From Corallococcus sp. EGB (GTDB lineage: Bacteria; Myxococcota; Myxococcia; Myxococcales; Myxococcaceae), in contig NZ_CP079946.1 in the NCBI RefSeq assembly GCF_019968905.1, positions 5,793,356 to 5,857,355 on the forward strand: 64,000 nt of DNA. Reading direction: 5' to 3'. Made by a program: the position numbers and the translations under genes. Positions 56,515 through 64,000 of this stretch are shown one piece after another. Numbering within the stretch: position 1 is the stretch's first letter; each line of letters begins with the position of its first letter. Below the pieces are notes generated by a model that searched no databases, was not told the DNA's origin, and saw only the letters and a program-made list of their open reading frames with translations.

Positions 56515-59220
56515 TCAGTGCGCGTCCGCCCAGCTCTTCCCCGCGCCCACTTCCACCTTGAGCGGCACCTTCAGCTCGGCGACGGAGGCCATGCTCTTCA
56601 CGGCCAGGGCCTTCACGGCCTCCACCTCCGCGTCCGGCGCCTCGAAGAGCAGCTCGTCGTGCACCTGGAGGAGCACGCGCGTCTTCAGCTTCTGCGCCCG
56701 GAGCGCGGCGTCCACGGCCAGCATGGCCTTCTTCATCAGGTCCGCGGCGGTGCCCTGGATGGGCATGTTGATGGCGGCGCGCTCGGCGGCCTGGGCCACG
56801 CCGCGGTTCTTGGAGAGCAGATCCCCCATCAGGCGGCGGCGCCCGTAGAGCGTCTCCACGTAGCCCACCTTGCGCGCCTTCTCCACGGTGTCCTCCAGGT
56901 ACTGGCGGATGCCCGCGTACCGGGTGAAGTACCGCTCGATGACGTCGCGCGCGTTCTCCTGGGAGATGCCCAGGCGCGTGGACAGGCCGTGCGCGGACAG
57001 GCCGTACGCGATGCCGAAGTTCACCGTCTTCGCCACGCGGCGCTGCTCGCGGTCCACGTCCTTGGGGTCCACGCCGAAGATTTCGGCCGCCGTGCGGCTG
57101 TGGATGTCCTCGTCGTTGCGGAAGGCCTCGATGAGCACCGGGTCCTCCGCGATGTGCGCCAGGAGCCGCAGCTCAATCTGCGAGTAGTCCGCGCTCACCA
57201 GCTGGTGCCCCGCGTCCGCCACGAAGGCGCGGCGGATCTCCCGGCCCAGCTCGGTGCGGATGGGGATGTTCTGCAGGTTCGGGTCGGACGAGGACAGCCG
57301 GCCGGTGGCGGTGGCCGCCTGGTGGTACGTGGTGTGGATGCGACCGTCCTTCGCGACCAGCGTGGGCAGCGTGTCCAGGTAGGTGCTCTTGAGCTTGGAC
57401 AGGCCGCGGTACTCGATGAGCGCGCGCGCGAGCACGCTGTTGTGCTCCTCCGCCAGCTTCTCCAGCACCTCCTGGTCCGTGGACGGGCCCGTCTTGCCGC
57501 GCTTGAGGATGGGCAGCTTCTGCTCCTCGTAGAGCACCTGCGCCAGCTGCGGGTTGGAGCCCAGGTTGAAGGCGTGGCCCGCGGCCTGGTGGCACTCGGC
57601 CTCCTTCGCCTTCACCTCCACGTCCACGCGCTCGGACGTGCGCCCCAGCTCCGCCACGTCCAGCTTCACGCCCTCGCGTTCCATGCGCGCGAGCACGGGC
57701 AACAGCGGCAGCTCCAGCGTGCGCGCCAGCTCCGAAAGCCCGCCCAGCTCCAGCTCCTTCCACAGTTCCGGCGCCAGCCTCCGCGCCGCGTCCGCGCGCA
57801 CCGCGTACGCCGCGGCCACCTCCTCCGGTCCGTGGTCCGCCAGCGCGCGGCCCTTCTTGCCCTCCACCGACGCGGGCAGCGCGGGCAGCTCCGAGCGCAG
57901 CCGCTCGCGCGTCAGGTCCGCCAGCGCATGCTCCCGGCGCGACGGGTTGAGCAGGTAGCTCAGGAGCTCCACGTCGTCGTGCGCGCCCTCCAGCGTCAGC
58001 CCCTCGTTGGCCAGCACCAGCGTGAGCGCCTTGAGGTCGTGGCCGCCCTTCTTCACCGCCGCGTCCGCGAGCACGTCCTTCATGGCCGCCGCGAAGGCCG
58101 CCACCGGCACCTGTGTCGCGCCCAGCTGCTGGTGCCGCAGCGGCACGTAGCGCGTGGAGCCGTCCGGCAGCGCCACGCCCAGGCCCACCAGCGGCGCCGC
58201 GAAGGGCATGCCCTCGTAGGCGGGCACCAGGGTGACGGCCCCGGCGGCCTTCGCCGCGTCCGCCAGCGCCTTCACCTCCGCCTCGGTGGTGACAAGCGTG
58301 GTGGTGACCGCGAGCGGCGCCACGTCCGCACGGGCCGGTGCCTCCTCCGCGGGCAGGTCGCGCAGCAGCGCGAAGAACTCCAGCTCCGTGAACAGGTCCC
58401 GGGCGCGCGTGGCGTCCGGAGCGCGGCGCACCAGGTCGTCCAGCTTCACGCCCAGCGGCAGCCCGGTGTTGAAGGTGACCAGCTGCTTGGCGCGCAGCAG
58501 GCTCTCGCGGTGGGCCTCCAGCGCCGCGCGGATCTTCGGCTTCTTCACCTCTTCGACGCGCGAGAGCAGCGTCTCCACGTCGCCGAACTGGTGGAGCAGC
58601 TCCACCGCCGTCTTGTCGCCCACGCCCGGCACCTTGGCGACGTTGTCCACCGCGTCGCCCACCAGAGCGAGGAAGTCGCGCACCTGCTTGGGCAGGATGC
58701 CCATCTTCTCCTGCACGTCCGCAATGGCGATGCGCTTGTTCTTCGCGGGGTCGAAGAGGGTGATGTCCTCGTCGACGATCTGCATGAAGTCCTTGTCGCT
58801 GGTGATGACCAGGACCTGGTACCCCTCCGCCTTCGCCTGCATCGCCAGCGTGCCGATGACGTCGTCCGCCTCCCAGCCCTCCGCGTCTAGCGAGGGCAGG
58901 TTCAGCACGTCCCCCACCTTGCGGATGAGCGGGAACTGGGGCGTCAGGTCCTCCGGCGGCGCCTTGCGGTTCGCCTTGTACGTGGGGTCTATCTTCTGGC
59001 GCTCCACGCGGCCGGACTTGTCGAACGCGAGCGCCACGTGCGTGGGCTTCAGCTCCTGCAGGGCCTTGAGCACCATGCGGGTGAAGCCCAGCACCGCGTT
59101 GGTGGGCACCCCCTTGCTCGTCGTGAGCGGAGGGATGGCGTGGTAGGCGCGGAAGATGAAACCGGAGGCGTCGAAGAGCGCCAGGCGGCGCTCGGGGCGC
59201 GGGGGGCTGGTGTCGGCCAT
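56515..59220 (-). CDS. polA: DNA polymerase I
   Basis: 5'-3' exonuclease (LFDASGFIFRAYHA), 3'-5' exo and pol domains (DYSQIELRLLAHIAED, RRVAKTVNFGIAYG, LLQVHDELLFE). Confidence 0.95.
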   Translation of the reverse strand: MADTSPPRPERRLALFDASGFIFRAYHAIPPLTTSKGVPTNAVLGFTRMVLKALQELKPTHVALAFDKSGRVERQKIDPTYKANRKAPPEDLTPQFPLIRKVGDVLNLPSLDAEGWEADDVIGTLAMQAKAEGYQVLVITSDKDFMQIVDEDITLFDPAKNKRIAIADVQEKMGILPKQVRDFLALVGDAVDNVAKVPGVGDKTAVELLHQFGDVETLLSRVEEVKKPKIRAALEAHRESLLRAKQLVTFNTGLPLGVKLDDLVRRAPDATRARDLFTELEFFALLRDLPAEEAPARADVAPLAVTTTLVTTEAEVKALADAAKAAGAVTLVPAYEGMPFAAPLVGLGVALPDGSTRYVPLRHQQLGATQVPVAAFAAAMKDVLADAAVKKGGHDLKALTLVLANEGLTLEGAHDDVELLSYLLNPSRREHALADLTRERLRSELPALPASVEGKKGRALADHGPEEVAAAYAVRADAARRLAPELWKELELGGLSELARTLELPLLPVLARMEREGVKLDVAELGRTSERVDVEVKAKEAECHQAAGHAFNLGSNPQLAQVLYEEQKLPILKRGKTGPSTDQEVLEKLAEEHNSVLARALIEYRGLSKLKSTYLDTLPTLVAKDGRIHTTYHQAATATGRLSSSDPNLQNIPIRTELGREIRRAFVADAGHQLVSADYSQIELRLLAHIAEDPVLIEAFRNDEDIHSRTAAEIFGVDPKDVDREQRRVAKTVNFGIAYGLSAHGLSTRLGISQENARDVIERYFTRYAGIRQYLEDTVEKARKVGYVETLYGRRRLMGDLLSKNRGVAQAAERAAINMPIQGTAADLMKKAMLAVDAALRAQKLKTRVLLQVHDELLFEAPDAEVEAVKALAVKSMASVAELKVPLKVEVGAGKSWADAH

Positions 59221-59279
59221 CCCCCGTCCCTAGCGCGCCTCCCGCCCCCTGTCCATGAAGCCCCGCACCGGAGCGCCGC

Positions 59280-61499
59280 TCAGCGGCACTTCAGCTCGGC
59301 CTTCTTCGCGGCCACCTGCTCGGCGATGCCGTCACCTGGCACGGCGTAGTCCTCCACCGCCGCCAGGTCCGGACAGCTGCCCACGTTGTTCAACGCGTTC
59401 TGCGCCTGCGTGGAGCAGAAGGCCACCACGCGGTTCAGGTTCGTGTTGCCCTTGTAGAAGTCGAAGCCCAGCTTCCAGATGCGGCAGCCCCGCCGGCGGT
59501 CCTCGCGGTCGGCGAAGTGCTTGCCGCGCAGGTAGGCCGAGGCCGCCAGGTCCTGGAACATGTTCTTGCGGTAGAAGGACAGGTGCGACTCCGCCAGCTC
59601 CGCCATGATGCGCTTGTCCGTCGCCAGCGCTTCCTTGAACGGGCCGACGGCGCGCTCGGGATCGTCATTGGTGAGCGCGCTCTCGCCCGTCTTGAACAGC
59701 TGGTCCACGTTGGACACGTCACGGAGGAGGTCGTCCGCGAGCTGGTGGTACTGCGCCTGATCTTCCTTCGAGCGCAGCTTCTGCAACGTCGCCATGGCCT
59801 CGCTGCCTCGGCCGTTCCAGTAGTCCACCATCGCCTCCTGGATGAGCTTGGGGGCGTAGCGCTTGGTGAACATGGCGCGCACCTCGGTGGTCTGATCCAC
59901 GCCCAGACCTTCATCCTGCAGGATGTCGCTCACCGGGCACGTCCACGGCCCGGCATTGCGGTCCACCCGCGTGCGGGCCACGAGGAACTTCACGAACATG
60001 GCGTCCTTGGGGCGCCACTCGTTCCTGCGCAGGGGGCCCTCCAGGCGGAGCGACTGGCCAATGGGCGGCTCCAGGTCCTCCTTGCTCTGCTTCTGGCACC
60101 ACACCTCCATGTACTGCTGGCAGCGCTGCACCGCCGGGCCCCACTGCGAGTTGCCCAGATAGCGCTTGCAGTCATCCTTCGCGCGCTCCACGAACCGTTC
60201 GGCCGTCTCCTTGGCCTTGGAGCGCGCGCGGCGGAAGTACTCGCTCTCCTTCGGAATCTTGCGCAGCAGCTCCAGCGCCTGCTGCTCGCGGTTGAGCTCG
60301 ATGGACTTCTTCGCGGCCTCGAAGTTATCGAAGGCCTCCTTCTCCATCTTGATGCGCCGCACGAGGGTGTTCGCCTCGGCGTTGATGGGGTCCATGTCCA
60401 GCGCCTGGTCGCACGCCTTCTCCGCGCGGGCCCAGTCGGGAGCACCCATCTCGTTGGAGGAGTAGGAGCGGCACTCGCTGAGCAGCTCCTGCACCTGCTG
60501 CGCGGGATCCAACGGCGCGGCCGGAGCGGCCTTCTGGGCCTTGTGCGCCGGCCCGATGGACGACTTCACCACCGCCGCCACCGCCAGCAGCGCCACCACG
60601 CCACCCGCGACCACCAGCATCTTGCGCTTGTTGTCCGCCGCGGGCGCGCCCCGGCCCCCACCGCGACGTGGCGGAGGCGCACCCGCCCCGGGACGGCGCG
60701 CGGGCGTTTCCGCGGCCTCGAAGGTCATCTCCACCACGCCGAACTGGAGGACGTCCCCGGCCTGCAGATCCACGAACTCCTCACCCAGGAGCTCCCCGTT
60801 GAGCAGCGTGCCGTTGGCGCTGCCCAGGTCGCGCGCGAGCACGGCGCTGCCCTCGCGCTTCACCTCGGCGTGCTTCCGGCTCACGGAGTCGTCATCCAGG
60901 ATGACCGCCGCCGGAGGCGCCCGGCCCACGAGCAGCGTGCCCTGGATGGGATACGACTTGCCCGCCCACGGCCCCGTCATGCCCTTGAGCACCGGACCCG
61001 AGCCGGCACCCGGGTCCGCCTCCGCGCCACCCGCCCGCTGGGGCCGCGAGGGCGGACGCCTCGCGAGCGCCCCCTCGGGCTTCGCCGCGCCGTTCTGCGT
61101 GGCCTTGGCGCGGATGCTGGGCATGGCCCGCGTGCCCCGCACGGGCGCGTCCGAGAGCGTCGCGGGGTCCGGGGGCGCGGCCGTCGCCGCGCGGCGTCCA
61201 CCGGTGCTCCGGGCGCCGCCCTTGAGCTTGAGCTCGTAGTCTCCCAGGAGCACCTGCGAGGCCGGCGTCAGCGCCGTGGGCCCCTGGATGCGCTCGCCGT
61301 CCACGAAGGTGCCGTTCTGGCTGCCCCCGTCCTCCACGTAGACGGTGCCGCCCTCCACGTAGAGGCGCGCGTGCTGCCGCGACACGCCGCCCTCCGTGAG
61401 GACGAGGTCATTGCCCTGCTGGCGGCCAATCTTCAGCTCGCCCGTGATTTCGTGCTCGTGCTCAGTGCCGTCAGGGTGACGGACGACCAGGGTTGCCAT
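59280..61499 (-). CDS. Double-FHA-domain membrane protein with large Cys-containing C-terminal domain
   Basis: FHA1 ITGELKIGRQQGNDLVLTEGGVSRQHARLYVEGGTVYVEDGGSQNGTFVDG; FHA2 GTLLVGRAPPAAVILDDDSVSRKHAEVKREGSAVLARDLGSANGTLLNG; TM MLVVAGGVVALLAVAAVV. Confidence 0.8.
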   Translation of the reverse strand: MATLVVRHPDGTEHEHEITGELKIGRQQGNDLVLTEGGVSRQHARLYVEGGTVYVEDGGSQNGTFVDGERIQGPTALTPASQVLLGDYELKLKGGARSTGGRRAATAAPPDPATLSDAPVRGTRAMPSIRAKATQNGAAKPEGALARRPPSRPQRAGGAEADPGAGSGPVLKGMTGPWAGKSYPIQGTLLVGRAPPAAVILDDDSVSRKHAEVKREGSAVLARDLGSANGTLLNGELLGEEFVDLQAGDVLQFGVVEMTFEAAETPARRPGAGAPPPRRGGGRGAPAADNKRKMLVVAGGVVALLAVAAVVKSSIGPAHKAQKAAPAAPLDPAQQVQELLSECRSYSSNEMGAPDWARAEKACDQALDMDPINAEANTLVRRIKMEKEAFDNFEAAKKSIELNREQQALELLRKIPKESEYFRRARSKAKETAERFVERAKDDCKRYLGNSQWGPAVQRCQQYMEVWCQKQSKEDLEPPIGQSLRLEGPLRRNEWRPKDAMFVKFLVARTRVDRNAGPWTCPVSDILQDEGLGVDQTTEVRAMFTKRYAPKLIQEAMVDYWNGRGSEAMATLQKLRSKEDQAQYHQLADDLLRDVSNVDQLFKTGESALTNDDPERAVGPFKEALATDKRIMAELAESHLSFYRKNMFQDLAASAYLRGKHFADREDRRRGCRIWKLGFDFYKGNTNLNRVVAFCSTQAQNALNNVGSCPDLAAVEDYAVPGDGIAEQVAAKKAELKCR

Positions 61500-61506
61500 G
61501 GGCGCG

Positions 61507-63267
61507 TCAGTCCTCGCGGAAGATGCTCATGTTCACGGGGATGCCCTTGCGCTGAAGCTCGTCGTAGAACTTCGGCACGAAGCCCGAAGCCACGAAGCGC
61601 CCTCGCACCTTGTGGTCCTCCGTGAAACCGTCCTGCTTGTAATAGAAGATGTCCTGGAGGGTCACGATGTCGACCTCCATGCCGGACACCTCCGTGATGA
61701 AGCAGATCTTGCGCGTCCCGTCGGAGAAGCGCGTCTGCTGCACGATGAGGTGCACGGCGCTGGAGATCTGCTCGCGGATGGCCTTCACCGGCAGCTCCAT
61801 GCCGGACATGAGCACCATCGTCTCCAGCCGGGCGATGGCGTCGCGCGGCGTGTTCGCGTGCAGCGTGGTGAGCGAACCGTCGTGGCCGGTGTTCATGGCC
61901 TGGAGCATGTCCAGCGTCTCGCCGGAGCGGCACTCACCCACCACGATGCGGTCCGGCCGCATGCGCAGGCAGTTCTTCACCAGGTCGCGGATGGTGATGG
62001 CGCCCTTGCCTTCCAGGTTGGGCGGGCGGCTCTCCAGCTGCACCCAGTGCTCCTGAGGCAGCTGCAGCTCCGCGGCGTCCTCCACCGTGACGATGCGCTC
62101 ACCCTCCGGGATGAAGGAGCTGATGATGTTCAGCGTCGTCGTCTTCCCGGAGCCCGTGCCGCCGGAGATGACGATGTTGCGCCGGGCCGTCACGCACATC
62201 TCCAGGAACTCGGCCATCTGCGCGGTGATGGTCTTGTACTTGATGAGGTCCTGGATCTTCAGCGCGTCCTTCTTGAACTTGCGGATGGTGATGCAGGGGC
62301 CCTTGAGCGCCAGCGGCGGGATGATGGCATTCACGCGGCTGCCGTCCTTCAGGCGCGCGTCCACCAGCGGGCTGGACTCGTCGATGCGCCGGCCAATGGG
62401 CGCCACGATGCGCTCGATGACGCCGAGCACCGCCTGGTTGGAGGAGAACGTCTTCTCCGACAGCGTCAGCTTGCCCTTGCGCTCGATGTAGATCTGGTTG
62501 GCGTGGTTCACCATGATCTCGCTGATCTCTTCCGACGCGAGGAACGCCTCCAGGGGCCCCAGGCCCAGCGCCTCGTTGATGACGTCGGTGAGCAGCTCCT
62601 CCCGGTCCACGTCGCCGGGCAGCTCCTGGTCCGCCTCCATCTGGTCGATGATGTCCCGGATGGCCTTCTCGGTGCGGCGCCAGAGCTCCTCGTCCCCGAG
62701 CCGGTCCATGTCCATGCGGCGCAGGTCCAGGTACTCGATGAGCCGGTCGTGGATCTCCTTCTGGAGCCGCGAGTAGCGCTCCAGCCGGGGGTCCACCTTG
62801 CGCTTGTTCTTGGCCATGGCGGCGGCCATGGACGCGGGCATGCGGCTGGGGGCCGCGGGGGCGGGAGCGGGCTCCTCCTCGTAGGCCTCCTCTTCTTCGT
62901 AGGCCTCTTCCTCGTAGGCCTCCTCGCCCTGCTCGTCGTCGTAGCCCTCGTCGACGGGCTCATCCGCGGGCGCGTCCTCCAGCGCCTCCACGTTGAGGAT
63001 GTAGTCGCCGATGGAGACCTGGTCGGTGGGCTTGAGCACCATGGGCCCGGCGATCTTCTTGCCGTTCACGAAGGTGCCGTTCGTGGACTTCATGTCCACG
63101 ATGATGAAGCGACCGTCCTTCTCGACGATGCGGGAGTGCGTCTTGGAGACGTTGCCCTTGGCGAGCACGATGTCGTTGCCAGCGAGCCGGCCGATCGTGA
63201 TCTCGTTCTTGGGAAACTCCCGCTGCTCCGAGCCGCCGCCCTTCTCCGTCAGCGTGATGAGAAACAT
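61507..63267 (-). CDS. CpaF/TadA-family secretion ATPase with N-terminal FHA domain and acidic EEAYEEE linker
   Basis: FHA ITIGRLAGNDIVLAKGNVSKTHSRIVEKDGRFIIVDMKSTNGTFVNG; Walker A ISGGTGSGKTTTLN; CpaF-type VirB11-like core. Confidence 0.9.
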   Translation of the reverse strand: MFLITLTEKGGGSEQREFPKNEITIGRLAGNDIVLAKGNVSKTHSRIVEKDGRFIIVDMKSTNGTFVNGKKIAGPMVLKPTDQVSIGDYILNVEALEDAPADEPVDEGYDDEQGEEAYEEEAYEEEEAYEEEPAPAPAAPSRMPASMAAAMAKNKRKVDPRLERYSRLQKEIHDRLIEYLDLRRMDMDRLGDEELWRRTEKAIRDIIDQMEADQELPGDVDREELLTDVINEALGLGPLEAFLASEEISEIMVNHANQIYIERKGKLTLSEKTFSSNQAVLGVIERIVAPIGRRIDESSPLVDARLKDGSRVNAIIPPLALKGPCITIRKFKKDALKIQDLIKYKTITAQMAEFLEMCVTARRNIVISGGTGSGKTTTLNIISSFIPEGERIVTVEDAAELQLPQEHWVQLESRPPNLEGKGAITIRDLVKNCLRMRPDRIVVGECRSGETLDMLQAMNTGHDGSLTTLHANTPRDAIARLETMVLMSGMELPVKAIREQISSAVHLIVQQTRFSDGTRKICFITEVSGMEVDIVTLQDIFYYKQDGFTEDHKVRGRFVASGFVPKFYDELQRKGIPVNMSIFRED

Positions 63268-63420
63268 GGCTCGGGATGCTACCAAGCCCTCCTACGACCT
63301 CAAAGACTCCTGCGACGCTCGCCCGCCTGCTGCCCGGTAGCGGACGGGCCGGCACCCTCCCCCTCTGAAACAGGGGCGGGGCCGGCCCGGACCGGATCCG
63401 ACGTGATGGCGCGAGGGCCG

Positions 63421-64000
63421 TCAGTCGAAGATGTTGAAGTTCACCTCGGAGCGGGCCTGCTTGTAGCGGGTCTTCACGTCCTCGATGATGCTGCGGACCT
63501 TGTCCGAGTCCGGGTTCACGATGCGCGGGGTGACGAAGATCACCAGCTCGCGCTTGGTGGAGTCGAACGCGCGGTTCTTGAACAGCTCGCCCACGATGGG
63601 GATGTGCCCCAGGCCCGGCAGCTTCGCGACGGCCTTCTGCTCGTCGTGGCTGAACACGCCCGACAGCACGATGGTCTCACCGTGGCGCACGGTGACGTTC
63701 GTCTTGACCTTGCGCGTGCGGAAGCCGGGGATGGCGGACGAACCACCGAAGGACACCGACACGGAGGTGTCGATTTCAGAGGCCTCCGCCTCCACCTCCG
63801 TCTGGATGTTGCCGTTGCGGTCCGCGGTGGGGCGGATGTTCAGGATGACGCCGTAGGGCTTGTACTCCACCGTGAACTGCGTGTTGGTGATGAGGGGGAT
63901 GGGCACCTCGCCGCCGGCGAGGAACTCCGCCTTCTCACCGCTCGCGCACACCAGCTTGGGCTGCGCCAGCAGGCGGCCGTAGCCGTCGTTGGCCTGGAAC
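63421..64000 (-). CDS. CpaC/RcpA-type secretin, C-terminal part (5' end beyond window)
   Basis: Secretin C-domain: VLSGVFSHDEQKAVAKLPGLGHIPIVGELFKNRAFDSTKRELVIFVTPRIV. Confidence 0.8.
   Translation of the reverse strand, partial: FQANDGYGRLLAQPKLVCASGEKAEFLAGGEVPIPLITNTQFTVEYKPYGVILNIRPTADRNGNIQTEVEAEASEIDTSVSVSFGGSSAIPGFRTRKVKTNVTVRHGETIVLSGVFSHDEQKAVAKLPGLGHIPIVGELFKNRAFDSTKRELVIFVTPRIVNPDSDKVRSIIEDVKTRYKQARSEVNFNIFD

Noticed and set aside
56344-58890. 848-aa plus-strand ORF antisense to polA (and 59517..61625 antisense to the FHA gene, 38256..40514 antisense to prolyl oligopeptidase, 50709..52583, 52721..54223, 19440..21359, 21381..23747, 41626..42969)
   Set aside because: All are long open frames typical of ~70% GC DNA on the strand opposite well-supported genes (PolA, S9 peptidase, M1 aminopeptidase, SDR, DivIVA, etc.); low-complexity Arg/Gly/Ala-rich translations
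1-64000. CRISPR arrays, tRNA/rRNA genes
   Set aside because: No short direct repeats with unique spacers, no tRNA-like cloverleaf candidates and no rRNA-like conserved stretches noticed. The only repeat array (14448..14830) has ~100-bp units without spacers, inconsistent with CRISPR

Overview
High-GC (~69-70%) chromosomal segment, most likely from a myxobacterium (Myxococcaceae-like; MYXO-CTERM sorting tag, FHA-rich Tad-like cluster, multiple che clusters typical of the group). All calls rest on reading the supplied six-frame translations against remembered family motifs; no database search was possible. The many long antisense ORFs in the track are high-GC frame artefacts and were discarded. 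Contents, 5'->3': (1) chemosensory operon (cheA 3' end, cheW, a soluble MCP with an N-terminal truncated-haemoglobin domain plus two PAS domains, an ABC1/UbiB-type atypical kinase, an ABM monooxygenase, cheB, cheR) with overlapping stop/start codons; (2) lipid kinase, a Fic-domain protein with a co-transcribed unknown partner, Hsp20, PhzF, DUF481 outer-membrane protein, GntR regulator; (3) a decayed IS630-family insertion bounded by near-identical palindromes and carrying a ~100-bp subterminal tandem repeat array; (4) proC, an ArsR-P450-ABM module, a Cys-repeat secreted protein, M1 aminopeptidase, SDR, LysR regulator, and a PAH-like aromatic amino-acid hydroxylase with a long C-terminal extension; (5) a secreted-protein island: LysM/C39-like peptidase, secreted unknown, HExxH metalloprotease with MYXO-CTERM, lipoproteins, a bacterial major vault protein (MVP) homologue, a small Cys-rich secreted peptide and a frameshifted low-GC lipoprotein pseudogene; (6) housekeeping/misc: RdgC-like, DacB (PBP4), prolyl oligopeptidase, TetR, DSD1-like PLP enzyme, an NDT/LOG-like protein divergent from a dual cNMP-binding protein, NUDIX, YdeI, DUF4105, orphan MbtH-like protein, LuxR-type response regulator, RDD, SpoIIM-like, DnaJ-domain, HEAT, DivIVA, YggU, zincin-like peptidase, DNA polymerase I; (7) start of a Tad/Kil-like secretion cluster (double-FHA protein, FHA-CpaF ATPase, CpaC-type secretin, 3' partial).
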